From Candidatus Latescibacterota bacterium (GTDB lineage Bacteria > Latescibacterota > UBA2968 > GCA-2709665), in NCBI GenBank assembly GCA_965116875.1, contig OZ220733.1:5344001-5408000 (forward strand): a DNA stretch of 64,000 nt. Reading direction: 5' to 3'. The notes beneath the pieces are model-generated. The model was not told the DNA's origin. It did no database searches and saw nothing but the letters and a program-made list of their open reading frames with translations. Each line of letters begins with the position of its first letter. The stretch's first letter is position 1. Of the stretch, positions 40,194 to 49,883 are shown in pieces. Position numbers and translations under genes: made by a program.

Positions 40194-40309
40194 TGCTATC
40201 CGCCTCCTGTGAAATTTGCAGTGTTAAGCACCTGGCGCGGCTTCGTGATGTTCAGCCGCAACGATATAGGTGGCAGGGATCGCGCGCGCCTGTCTGATGG
40301 ACGAATTAC

Positions 40310-40590
40310 TCCCCCCTTGAGGGGGAGTCGCAGAAGCCGAGCCGTCCCCTGAGCCCTGTCCTGAGCTAGTCGATGGGTCGAAGGGTTGATGAATCGCAGG
40401 CATTTCGACATCTCGACAAGCTCAATGCAGGCATGTTCAATGACCACGCGTAATCCAGTTTATTGGAGGTCACTAAGCCGCTTTAAGGTGAACCCTAACC
40501 TGCCCAGAACCCCTCCGTGAGCACGCGCCCTGCTTGTGCGACTTGCACTGAGCTTGTCGAAGGGGCGGCGACGGCTGATGCGGTGGGGGG
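40310..40590. repeat. Composite repeat built on family A hairpins
   Basis: ctccccccttgagggggag..gcagaagccgagccg..catttcga[catctcgacaagctcaatgcagg]catgttcaatg..gcgacggctgatgcggtgggggg; inverted homolog of 59401-59760. Confidence 0.85.
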
Positions 40591-40717
40591 AATACAAGAC
40601 CATAGAATATTCTGACAGCGAGATGAGAAATGTACACAATTTGCGTTGAAATCTTACTGTAAGACTTTCAGGATGCGTTCGTGGCGCGAGCCATGAATGC
40701 GCCCGACGGATTGTATT

Positions 40718-41128
40718 TCACGTTCTTCCAGTCAACCTTGCACCAATCCAGGCCATCGGAATGTACGCGCCAACCAGATCCACGACGCTAAACAGGACAG
40801 GTCCACCTATCATGAAGGTGTTCGCGATGCCGCCGATGAGGAAAAATCCGCCCACCACCAACGCCACTGCCAACCTGCAGCTTGCGGCGATGAGCGCGGC
40901 GAGATATGCGCCCACAAGGGTCCCCAGCGCATGGGCCAGGAACGGGAATATGAAATGCCGGAATTCGAACAGATGCATGGAAGATTTTATGGATTCCACG
41001 TCGGTCACGTCGACTCCCTCAGGCGGTGGAATAACATAAGGCCCTACCGTGACCAGGTTCATATTCGCGATACTGCCGACAACAACACCAACGATGACTG
41101 CCAGGACGTTCTTCAGCTTGGACTTCAT
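40718..41128 (-). CDS. Hypothetical membrane protein (4 TM)
   Basis: Hydrophobic helices; FPFLAHALGTLVGA, DLVGAYIPMAW. Confidence 0.8.
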   Translation of the reverse strand: MKSKLKNVLAVIVGVVVGSIANMNLVTVGPYVIPPPEGVDVTDVESIKSSMHLFEFRHFIFPFLAHALGTLVGAYLAALIAASCRLAVALVVGGFFLIGGIANTFMIGGPVLFSVVDLVGAYIPMAWIGARLTGRT

Positions 41129-41159
41129 GGTTCACCTCGTGAGTTAAAACTGCATTTGG

Positions 41160-41192
41160 CGGGCGCCCACAAGGGACGCCCCTACAATGTTA
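41160..41192. repeat. GTAG-type REP-like palindrome (family D), inverted copy
   Basis: Exact reverse complement of 11024-11056. Confidence 0.85.
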
Positions 41193-41248
41193 GGGGGAGT
41201 CGATCAGGGCTGTGGTAGGGCGTTGGGACATGTCGCCTGCCGCTCCAT

Positions 41249-42307
41249 TCAGCCCACGATACGGGGCAGCACGTTTTCCGCCTTCCCATCCACAAAAAAG
41301 TCCTCTTTGTGCAGAAATTCCGGGCGATCCGGAGAAATCGCAACGACCTGCATGCCGTTGTCGCGGGCATAACTGATCAACCCGTGTTCATCTCTACCGA
41401 GCCCGATCGCCATTAGGACTTTGCCTTCCGAGAACCACGCCCATCCACTCGCATCCGGTTTGAAGTCGTCAGGATTCTTCAAGTGGACGTTCACAGATCC
41501 CGCCCTCTCATGAAGCTTATCGCCATTGCCGGTAATAATGTGCCGGACGCGCCCTCTCTCCTCAAGGTCCGCCAGAGCCCGGTGCGCATCATTGGGTTCC
41601 GCCTGGATGAATGCAGCTTGAAATCTCGCAAGAATCCTCGCGAGTTCTCGAGGCCTTTCAATCATGAATTCCGCCACGGCCCCGGGAAACGGTTCATGCA
41701 ACGGGAAGTGCCGCTCCAATCCCTGTGCGTCTCTGAAGGTCGGGATGCCGCTGCTTGCGGAAATTCCGGCTCCCGTGAGGGCAACCACGGGGTCTTGTGA
41801 AACGAGAGATTGCAGGTCTGAAACCGCGATCTCTTTTGTGGCCTTCGGACACGCGCCCACGCTTACCGGGTAGTATTCATTTCTGAAGGCAAGAGGATCA
41901 TCCGGCTTTACCGACTTCGACTCGATGCGACTGAAGTGGACTTTTCTCAGGTCCGCTGAGTCGCCATAGCTCAGCAGAAGATGACTCGCCGTGGTTCCTC
42001 CAGAGTTTTCGGAGGCCATGAATTCAACGTTCCAGTCGGCAGGCTCATGAGCAGAATTCCCCAATCCGGTACACAGCTTCTCTCTGAGCTGTTCCGGCAG
42101 GCCACCGAGTTCACCCATCGCCTGTTTTCCCGAGCAAGCCACGCATAGACCAAGCAGATCTACGCATCCCGCTACGTCCACTCCCAATCTGCCGTAGAAT
42201 CCAAACGTCCTTCCAGGGCCAATAAAGGTCCACTCGAAGCTTGTAAAGCTGCCCCAGATCAATCTGTAGGATTCAAGCTGTGAGCGCGTGAGATTTAGAA
42301 CGAACAT
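41249..42307 (-). CDS. Atypical Sir2-family protein with unknown N-terminal domain
   Basis: ALTGAGISASSGIPTFR, EPNDAHRALA, ITGNGDKLHERAG; lacks the ELHG and zinc-binding segment. Confidence 0.8.
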   Translation of the reverse strand: MFVLNLTRSQLESYRLIWGSFTSFEWTFIGPGRTFGFYGRLGVDVAGCVDLLGLCVACSGKQAMGELGGLPEQLREKLCTGLGNSAHEPADWNVEFMASENSGGTTASHLLLSYGDSADLRKVHFSRIESKSVKPDDPLAFRNEYYPVSVGACPKATKEIAVSDLQSLVSQDPVVALTGAGISASSGIPTFRDAQGLERHFPLHEPFPGAVAEFMIERPRELARILARFQAAFIQAEPNDAHRALADLEERGRVRHIITGNGDKLHERAGSVNVHLKNPDDFKPDASGWAWFSEGKVLMAIGLGRDEHGLISYARDNGMQVVAISPDRPEFLHKEDFFVDGKAENVLPRIVG

Positions 42308-42391
42308 CTCGATGTATCTGTCAATTGCTGGTTCACGCCTTCGTCGCAACGCAAACAACGCCGTTGACGTTTGTACGCGGATTGAACATGT

Positions 42392-43216
42392 CTAGCCGAG
42401 ATGCTCTTCCATCCATTCGATGGCAAAATCCGCCAGATTCCTCGCGTCGAACAGATAGGAGTCCGCGGCGCCAACCATCCCCCTGGCGACGCTTCCGCGA
42501 TCGAGATATTCTTCTACAATGCGCTGGAAATAATCACCGTCGAGCCGGTCAACGATTCCGTTCGACGAATCGAACTGCTCGAACGCGATCCATTCGCACC
42601 TGCCGTCGCGCATGACCGGCCATCGATAGCGCTCAGTTCTCTTGTCGGGTATGGCGGCCATATGCTCCGCGTAGTGAAGAATGGTCAGGCTATCGAACAG
42701 CGGTCCCAGCAATAGAACCTTCCCCCCAACGTCGCACAACTTCTCGAGAGGGGAACCCGCGCCATAGCCGAACTGCAATGGATGGTCTGACGTAATCCAT
42801 TCCGCCTTTGCCCCGACTGCAGCCACTCGCGCCTCGGGATGGTCGCTGCAACGCACCCCGGGCCACGTTCGCAGGTATTCCGTAAGGATGCTCCAACGGC
42901 GATTGGCGCGAGTCCGATACGGGTCGAACGGCGGACACTCTTCCAGATATGCATCCTTCCAGTCCTCCGGCCAATCGTCGAATTCGTTCAATGGCTCCTC
43001 ACACTTAATGTACATCATCAAGGTTCCCGTTGAACCGATCACGTCCAGGATCGCCCGAAGTACCATATCAGGCCCCCCGACGATCCAGCCGACGGCCTTG
43101 ACGGAAGCATGTAACATTACCGTGTCACCAGCAACAAGCCGCAGTTTCGACAAGTCAGATACCAATCTGCTTCGAGTAATTACAGGCAGGGATGTGTTGA
43201 CCATGTTGATTATCAC
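42392..43216 (-). CDS. AAC(3)-family aminoglycoside N3-acetyltransferase homolog
   Basis: TVMLHASVKAVGWIVGG, SDHP, YGAGSPLEKL, LTILHYAEH. Confidence 0.9.
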   Translation of the reverse strand: MIINMVNTSLPVITRSRLVSDLSKLRLVAGDTVMLHASVKAVGWIVGGPDMVLRAILDVIGSTGTLMMYIKCEEPLNEFDDWPEDWKDAYLEECPPFDPYRTRANRRWSILTEYLRTWPGVRCSDHPEARVAAVGAKAEWITSDHPLQFGYGAGSPLEKLCDVGGKVLLLGPLFDSLTILHYAEHMAAIPDKRTERYRWPVMRDGRCEWIAFEQFDSSNGIVDRLDGDYFQRIVEEYLDRGSVARGMVGAADSYLFDARNLADFAIEWMEEHLG

Positions 43217-43357
43217 CCGTTCCAGGGAAGATCTTGCACCGGGTCTAACGCTCGATGTCCCGAATCGCGATGCAGTCGGATGAGGGTGCGAATGCGAAAA
43301 TCTAATTGAAGCGTGAATGTGTAACCATCGGCAGAATGGCCGATGACGCTCCCGGGG

Positions 43358-44122
43358 CTACGTCGATGCGGCGTGGGCAATCAGATTCCTAAGTTCATCG
43401 AGGGTTAGCGCCCGCTTGGCCTTCCTGTGGATCATACGATGGCAATTGCTGCAGACCACCGCCATGTCTCGCCACGGATCGACTTCAAGACCTTCATCAG
43501 GTGCCGCACTGAGCTCTTGCATGTGATGGACCTCCGCGAAATCACGCCCCCATTTGCCGTAAACATCCTCAAATGCAAAACCACACACTTGGCACTTGTA
43601 TCCATGAATTCGCAGCGCAGCAGACCGGAGTCGGGGGCTTCGTTCGCGTCTTCGCGACACGACAGCCTTGGTATTCCCCTCAATGCCCACGGTTACGATC
43701 TCGCAATCCTCATCCGACTCGGCTTGAAGATCGCTAAGCACGGACGACGGAATGGATGCGACGTCGACGTCCGCAAGGTGGCGTACCGCTTCCCAGACCT
43801 CAGCGTCGGTACGAGTTTTCCACTTCTTCAGCACGCGAGCATCGCGTTTTGGAAGAGCCTTCGGTTCACCCGCGACTCGCCAGCCGCGACGTCCGGAGTC
43901 GACGTGACTGTCGAATTGATCACGTGAAGCCTTTAGACTGTTGTGGAAGGTTCGGAAACTTCTGCCGTCGCCAAGTGCGTCGAAGAACGACGCGTAGGCT
44001 TTGGCCCAAGAATCGGTTCCCAATTCCGCAGGAGGAAGCGTCTTTCCCGCGTCTCCCTTACGACCGCAGCGGGAAAGGAATAAAGCTGAGAGGATGAATT
44101 CTTCACTTCGCTCGATTGACAT
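43358..44122 (-). CDS. HNH endonuclease (McrA-like C-terminus)
   Basis: ERSPRLR..ALRIHGYKCQVCGF..EVHH...VCSNCHRMIH. Confidence 0.9.
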   Translation of the reverse strand: MSIERSEEFILSALFLSRCGRKGDAGKTLPPAELGTDSWAKAYASFFDALGDGRSFRTFHNSLKASRDQFDSHVDSGRRGWRVAGEPKALPKRDARVLKKWKTRTDAEVWEAVRHLADVDVASIPSSVLSDLQAESDEDCEIVTVGIEGNTKAVVSRRRERSPRLRSAALRIHGYKCQVCGFAFEDVYGKWGRDFAEVHHMQELSAAPDEGLEVDPWRDMAVVCSNCHRMIHRKAKRALTLDELRNLIAHAAST

Positions 44123-44209
44123 CCGTATTCGCCCCGTTTTCGTTAGGCCGACATTGGACTCAAGGAAACGTGCAGACAGCTATTGGGGCGGTCGCGCTAC
44201 CCTTTTTAG

Positions 44210-45451
44210 CTATTGAGGAAACACCAGTATTGCATCGCATCGGCGGCGTTCCTTGCGCACGCCACCCCTGTGAATGTCCGAGTAACTGTTCACCACCTCT
44301 CCCCGGACCACCATCGTGCTGGACCCACCTCCGTCCAGATTATAGGCATTGTACGCGCCAAGACCGGCAAGGAGATCCGTGAGCTCCGGAAGGGTCATCC
44401 CCATCGCCAGATTGGGCTGACGACCATCAGCGACGATCAGCCAAAGCGTGCTATTGTCCTTTGACATCCCTATCGCCGTCCTTGGATGTCTCAGGTCATA
44501 AAACCACGGCTCAAAGGACTCGGCGCCGTAATCAGTAAACCGCCGGCCATCTCGAATCAGCAGTGTCCCGGCGCTCGTATAGCTGCAATCTTCCAATGGA
44601 AGCGGGCTACCCGGATTCTCCCGGGAGGTCAGCTGATAGCTGATCTTCGCCTTTGAACCCACCCGGGCGTGCTGCTTCAACCAGTCGGCATACTTGCCGG
44701 ACCCGGAAAGGACGTATCCGTTGGAAGGGATGAGATTGGATCCGACATTGTCGCGGATGGCTGAAACCGCATCCTCCCGCACGATTGCCTCGACACCATT
44801 TCGGTCGGTGAGTGTACTTCGGTTCCACTCCGGTGTATAGAGGATGAGGTCATTCTTGTCGAGTTCTTCTTTTTCGGCCCCTTCTTTATCCCATCCACGG
44901 ACTTCGTTTCGCCTCCGGTTGATTCCGGTCACCTCGCTCTCTTCACTTTCATCCATTGTCACCGTTATACTCAACAGTGGTTCCGCGACGATCATGGTCT
45001 GCCTGTCGTTCCTCGTACAGATTCCAACGCTCCTGCGACCGGGCGATCGCGGTTCGCTCAGGATCTTTCCATCCAGAACAAAGAACTCGCTTGGATCGCC
45101 GTGAAAGATGTTCCATGCATTGTTCGAAAAGGAGTATCCCGCATTCACGGCGACAAGAGCGTTGTATCTCCTTGCCATATCGCTTGTCGCCTCCTGCCCG
45201 ATGATCTGATTCATCGCCATGACCATCTTCAATCGGTACTTCCGCAGGTCTATCTCCGCGACGTGGACGTTCTGGGGAAGCCCGTCGCTGGTCGAGTCCG
45301 CGGAGATATGCGTTCGAACCAATCCGGGTGCGACCTCGGTCACTGTCGCTTCCACATTGGCATTCAAGGGTGGAATCTCGTTCGCGCCGACCGTAAATCC
45401 GCTCAACAATAGTGCTGCCAACAACAGCTGGATGCTCATTCGCTTGTTCAT
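44210..45451 (-). CDS. Phosphodiester glycosidase (NAGPA) family protein, secreted
   Basis: Signal peptide; AVNAGY, HPRTAIG, DGRQ, NLDGGGSSTM. Confidence 0.9.
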   Translation of the reverse strand: MNKRMSIQLLLAALLLSGFTVGANEIPPLNANVEATVTEVAPGLVRTHISADSTSDGLPQNVHVAEIDLRKYRLKMVMAMNQIIGQEATSDMARRYNALVAVNAGYSFSNNAWNIFHGDPSEFFVLDGKILSEPRSPGRRSVGICTRNDRQTMIVAEPLLSITVTMDESEESEVTGINRRRNEVRGWDKEGAEKEELDKNDLILYTPEWNRSTLTDRNGVEAIVREDAVSAIRDNVGSNLIPSNGYVLSGSGKYADWLKQHARVGSKAKISYQLTSRENPGSPLPLEDCSYTSAGTLLIRDGRRFTDYGAESFEPWFYDLRHPRTAIGMSKDNSTLWLIVADGRQPNLAMGMTLPELTDLLAGLGAYNAYNLDGGGSSTMVVRGEVVNSYSDIHRGGVRKERRRCDAILVFPQ

Positions 45452-45518
45452 CTCGATCTCCCAATACGATTCGCCGTGCCTGATGCTGGACACATACGTG
45501 TTATGCGGTGAGTTGACC

Positions 45519-46310
45519 TCAACAGTTTGTGTCCTCCGAATCTGAGATGGATTGCACTCGATACCAATACCGGTATAACGCGCTGAAACCAAACTTGCGT
45601 TGCAGAGCCAGAGCTGGCTCGTTGTTAGCCATCACCTGCAAGTATGCCAGACGCGCTCCCTGCTCAAATCCCCACTTTAGCCGTGCCTCAAGGAGCCGAC
45701 GGCCAAAGCCCTGTCCCCGATGCTCGGGATCTACCAGCAAGTCAAAGAGACCTATGATTGAGCCCGAAACAACTGCGCGGGCGCAACCTACGGATTTACC
45801 ATCAGTCCGGGCGATAACATAGGCCGACGGAGTGGAGATGGCGTTGAGCAGACTGCGAAATACCTCAGAGTGCTGATTGCGATCAGACAGACCTATCCAG
45901 GTTTCGAACCACTCATCAGTTGCACATTCGTATAGCGATACGACAGAGGAGCTATCGGGACTGGCCTCAAGTCGCTTGGTTTGAACCAGCGTTTCGGCGT
46001 CACTGGAGTATTGACGTTGGGCCAATGTCTCGTCCAAATTCCCAGGTTTACAGGTTGGAAAAACCTTGAAAAGACAAGGTAGCGATGCCCGCGCGTACGC
46101 AGCTTCACAATGAACTAGCTTCTCCTGGAGCTGGGTTGTGGATCCGTACAGCGGGACTACACAATTGGCACGGCGACTGTATCCCTCAGACATTCGAACG
46201 ATCCAGCCGTCGTAGAACTCTGTTTGCAGCGCGGGTAGCCCGTTCAACGCGGCCTCTTCCAGCGTTGCTACGAGCTCTGAGTTGTTCGTTGAATCAATAG
46301 CGTTCGTCAT
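45519..46310 (-). CDS. GNAT family N-acetyltransferase
   Basis: GYSRRANCV; VDPEHRGQGFG; AYLQVMANNEPA. Confidence 0.9.
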   Translation of the reverse strand: MTNAIDSTNNSELVATLEEAALNGLPALQTEFYDGWIVRMSEGYSRRANCVVPLYGSTTQLQEKLVHCEAAYARASLPCLFKVFPTCKPGNLDETLAQRQYSSDAETLVQTKRLEASPDSSSVVSLYECATDEWFETWIGLSDRNQHSEVFRSLLNAISTPSAYVIARTDGKSVGCARAVVSGSIIGLFDLLVDPEHRGQGFGRRLLEARLKWGFEQGARLAYLQVMANNEPALALQRKFGFSALYRYWYRVQSISDSEDTNC

Positions 46311-46493
46311 AGGAATAACATCACGCCAGTTTGCAAACCTGCGAATGTGGATTGCCGATGGCCAGGCGCCGACAGGCGCGGAACTCGAATTGCTGCACGG
46401 CAGGACGTGGAATACTCTGCGTCTGATTGAACATATTTGGTTTCATTTGTTCCCAACCATTCGATCGAATGCGTCCCAACAAGGGGTGCGGTT

Positions 46494-47417
46494 TCAGGCA
46501 TTCGTAACCGTTTCAAGATCGCGACACGCCTTCAGCAAAGCCTCCTGGATGTTCAGAAACTCTAGATATCCGGGTGGTAATGGATACCTTGCACTGTCAA
46601 ACGACTGAAGTGGATCGATGATCTTCTGCCTTGCAAAGGTGTAGAGAGCTTTCTGGTGCTCTGTCGCCTCCGGCGCCTGGTGAAAGGAGATACGACAATT
46701 ATTCCGCCACAGTCGAGAATCAACCGTATCGGCCATCGCCTGAATTCGTGAGTCTCGATTTTCAAACTTCGAGCTCAGGTATTTGGACAATCTCTCGGCC
46801 TGCACGTGTGGATTTCGCACGATATCTTCGTACCCGACAAAAAGCCGGTGCGCCGCGTATTCGGTGTGGCACAGGATCAGCGTCATCATGTGCTGCCAGC
46901 GCAGCAGATTCATCGCCACGAACGAAATCCGGGCTTTCAAATTGGACGGCATGATGAACTTCTGCCACGATACGGCTGTGTCCAGCGGGTGGCGAACTGT
47001 GATTATATAAATCGCATCTCCCCATATCTGTTTAAAAAACGGGAGATAATGACAGAGCGCAGGATCCTTCCAGAACCAGGGGCCGCCTGCGTCCATCTCT
47101 GACATCAGGGCAGCGGCTTTTGTTCGATACTCTGGGTCAGAGGCATAATTTCCGATTCGATGTTGAAAGTCACGGTCCCACCAGGTCGCACCGGAAGCAA
47201 AATCCCCTAACTCGGCCAGAAAGTCCCATAACGGCAGGTATTCCCAATAGCCGCGGGGCGCATGCGCATCTGCCGCGTGCAGCTTTTCGGAAGCGCCTGC
47301 ATACGCGCCCCATGTGTGCACCATCTCGGCAACCACAGATGTCCCGCTGCGCTCTGCGCCAAGTACGATAATAGGTTGGCTTTCAGAGGCGGTCATTTCA
47401 AGTGCCCTTGGAGACAT
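46494..47417 (-). CDS. Sulfotransferase family protein
   Basis: VLGAERSGTS, WKDP, VRHPLDTAVS. Confidence 0.88.
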   Translation of the reverse strand: MSPRALEMTASESQPIIVLGAERSGTSVVAEMVHTWGAYAGASEKLHAADAHAPRGYWEYLPLWDFLAELGDFASGATWWDRDFQHRIGNYASDPEYRTKAAALMSEMDAGGPWFWKDPALCHYLPFFKQIWGDAIYIITVRHPLDTAVSWQKFIMPSNLKARISFVAMNLLRWQHMMTLILCHTEYAAHRLFVGYEDIVRNPHVQAERLSKYLSSKFENRDSRIQAMADTVDSRLWRNNCRISFHQAPEATEHQKALYTFARQKIIDPLQSFDSARYPLPPGYLEFLNIQEALLKACRDLETVTNA

Positions 47418-48121
47418 CCACTAATGACGCATTACGTTTGGCCGCACCCGATTCGAGAGGAAGTAACGCGCAGGCGTCCCGACGTTGGAGCCGGGAACGA
47501 GTGCGCCTGCTGAAGTCAAGGACCTCAGGCCGCTGTCAGCAGGATCGGCCGGCCATCGGTAATGACAACGGTATGCTCATAATGAGCCGAGAGAGACCCG
47601 TTCGAGGTTTTCATGGTCCAACCGTCGCTGTCTTCAACGGCCCGGGCCGGATTCTCGGCAATCAATGGCTCGATCGTGATCACAAGACCATTCGTAAGCG
47701 GCGTCAAATCGAGCGGATTATAGGTATTGGCAACGATGGGGTCTTCATGGATGACGCGACCGACTCCATGCCCCGTAAGCTCACTGACAACCCGGAATCC
47801 CTGTCGCGTAACCTCTTGCTCTACGGCACGGCCGATGCAATTGATCGGTTTGCCTGCACGAGCGACGGCCACTGCCTTTTCGAATGCCGTTCGGGCGCAC
47901 CGACACAATCCAACGGCTTTCGGGGAGCAGGGCTGAATCGGAATGGTTACTGCTGCATCCGCAATGTAGCCGTTCAGTTCCGCGGTGACATCCAGGCTTA
48001 CAATGTCACCCTCTTCGAGCACTCGATCACCCGGAATACCGTGAACGATTTCGTCATTGACGCTTATAAGATTGAGTCCACTCCGAAAAGTCGAATTTAC
48101 TTATTGCGGAAAAAGTACTAA

Positions 48122-49822
48122 CCTGATTAATTCATGAATCGTCAGAAGATACAATTTAGGGAAGCAGAAGGAGCTTCCGTGTGATATGAGAAACGACAGT
48201 GCCGCTGCCGTGACTGATTTGGCGTGTCCAAGCCTTTATTGTGGCGTCTGCTGGGAGCACGGTAGCGCCGTTGCGTCAGGTTGACCATCATGTGATGGTC
48301 AAGGGGACAGACGTCTCCATGGCCATTGTTCGTGTCGATCCAAACATGAAGGCGGGGTCAGCACGTCTAGGGATTTATGGAACAACACCCGTTGCCAGAT
48401 TATAGAGGATCTTGCCATAAAGGTGTTTGAGTGGAAACACCGTCGGTAGATGGAACTTGATCCTGGTTTTCAACTCACAAACGCGCGCAGCGACTTTCAA
48501 GAGCCGGTTTTGCAGGGTATTGAACTGTGCGTGGGTCCACTTCGTGCCGCGCAACCCGATCGTCGCCAGGGAATGCATCAGGACATAGGCGGCGCTGTGG
48601 AGAAAGAGACGGAAGTGATTGGCCTGGAAGGTGTGACAAGAGGTGCGATCGGAACAGAGAAAGGTCTTGTGATTCTTGATGAAGTTTTCCATCCTGCCGC
48701 GTGAGCAATAGACGGTTTTGTAGATGCGTGACGGTTGGGCGTGTTGCAGGTTGGTGACCACGAATCGGATATTATCTCCTTGAGGTGTCACTTCCGCCTT
48801 GCAGACGATGCGTTGTGGACAATCCCAGGTCTTCGCCTGATAGTTCCAGCAGCGATAAAGGCGCACGGTTTTTCCCGAAACGGCATACGACGTCTTGGCC
48901 TGGTCCATCAAGGACTGTGCCTTCCGCAGGAGTATGGGGTTGCTGTTCTGTCCGAGGACAAAATACACATCTTCTTCCTCACACAACGCGTGCACTTCCG
49001 GACACGAAAAATGCGCATCGCCACGTAACAGGATCGCCACGTCGGGCCAGGCTTTACGCAGGTAGGCGATCACCCGTTTAAGGATGGTGACGATCTCTTT
49101 TCCCGTGGGCCGCCTGCCAGGGCGCAAGACCGTCGTGATCAACTTGCCGGTCCGGCCTTCATAGATATGCAGGGGCTGGTAGCAATACCCCTTGAAATAC
49201 GCATTGAACAACGACAACTGTTGAGACCCATACACCTTGTCTTCGGTGTCATCGATATCCAACAGGATGGCTTCAGGCGGTTCCTCATACGAGGCGATAA
49301 ACACGTCCGCAAAGGCCCTGGCGATCCGAAACAAATCGGTTCTGCTGATCCGGTTCTCGAACCGACTCATCGTGGGTTGACTGGCCAGCGCCGCACCGGA
49401 AAGCGGCAACCGATCACAGGCCGCCTTGAAACCGGGGTCCTCGCGTAACGTATTGCAATCGTTCGCATCCTCATAGCCGCAGGCCATCTGAAAGACACGT
49501 TGCTTGACCAGATCCACCGTGGCGTGATCCACGTAACTTTGATGCCGACGATCCGTGATGGCCTCAACGATCCCATACAAAATGCCGATTTTGGCCTCCA
49601 CCTCACGAAGCAGCATCACCCCGCTGTCGCTGGTCAGGATGCCTCCATCGAACGTGGCTTCTACCTGTTTGCCAGAAAGACTTGCGAAAGACATCCTGTG
49701 ATGCTTATCTTGACCTTCCACGGTAGTTTCCTCCTGTGTCATTGTGTGATGGTTATGACCGTAACCATATTATAATACAATGACTTGGGTATGGAAACTA
49801 CCTTTTTTATGAATTATTCGGG
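48122..49822 (-). mobile_element. IS1380-family insertion sequence (nested)
   Basis: IRs CCTGATTAATTCAT / CCCGAATAATTCAT (12/14); 4-bp TSD CTAA at 48118-48121 and 49823-49826. Confidence 0.92.
48375..49742 (-). CDS. IS1380 family DDE transposase
   Basis: FDGGILTSDSG, GYEDANDC, LASQPTMSRFEN, LDIDDT, RGDAHF, RGRMENFIK; likely start GTG 49721. Confidence 0.93.
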   Translation of the reverse strand: MTQEETTVEGQDKHHRMSFASLSGKQVEATFDGGILTSDSGVMLLREVEAKIGILYGIVEAITDRRHQSYVDHATVDLVKQRVFQMACGYEDANDCNTLREDPGFKAACDRLPLSGAALASQPTMSRFENRISRTDLFRIARAFADVFIASYEEPPEAILLDIDDTEDKVYGSQQLSLFNAYFKGYCYQPLHIYEGRTGKLITTVLRPGRRPTGKEIVTILKRVIAYLRKAWPDVAILLRGDAHFSCPEVHALCEEEDVYFVLGQNSNPILLRKAQSLMDQAKTSYAVSGKTVRLYRCWNYQAKTWDCPQRIVCKAEVTPQGDNIRFVVTNLQHAQPSRIYKTVYCSRGRMENFIKNHKTFLCSDRTSCHTFQANHFRLFLHSAAYVLMHSLATIGLRGTKWTHAQFNTLQNRLLKVAARVCELKTRIKFHLPTVFPLKHLYGKILYNLATGVVP

Positions 49823-49883
49823 CTAAATTCCAAGTGTGAACAGGATGCAGAAGGATAATGGTAGAGAACGGGGGACAGGACAG

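Noticed and set aside
40196-40447. Small ORFs sharing peptides such as MVIEHACIELVEMSKC or MPALSLSKCR (also 15942 and 59618)
   Set aside because: These are translations of the non-coding family A repeat, not a protein family
48281-48302. Perfect 10-bp-arm palindrome in the IS1380 3' tail as an ncRNA
   Set aside because: A single hairpin with no counterpart seen in the other IS1380; insufficient evidence
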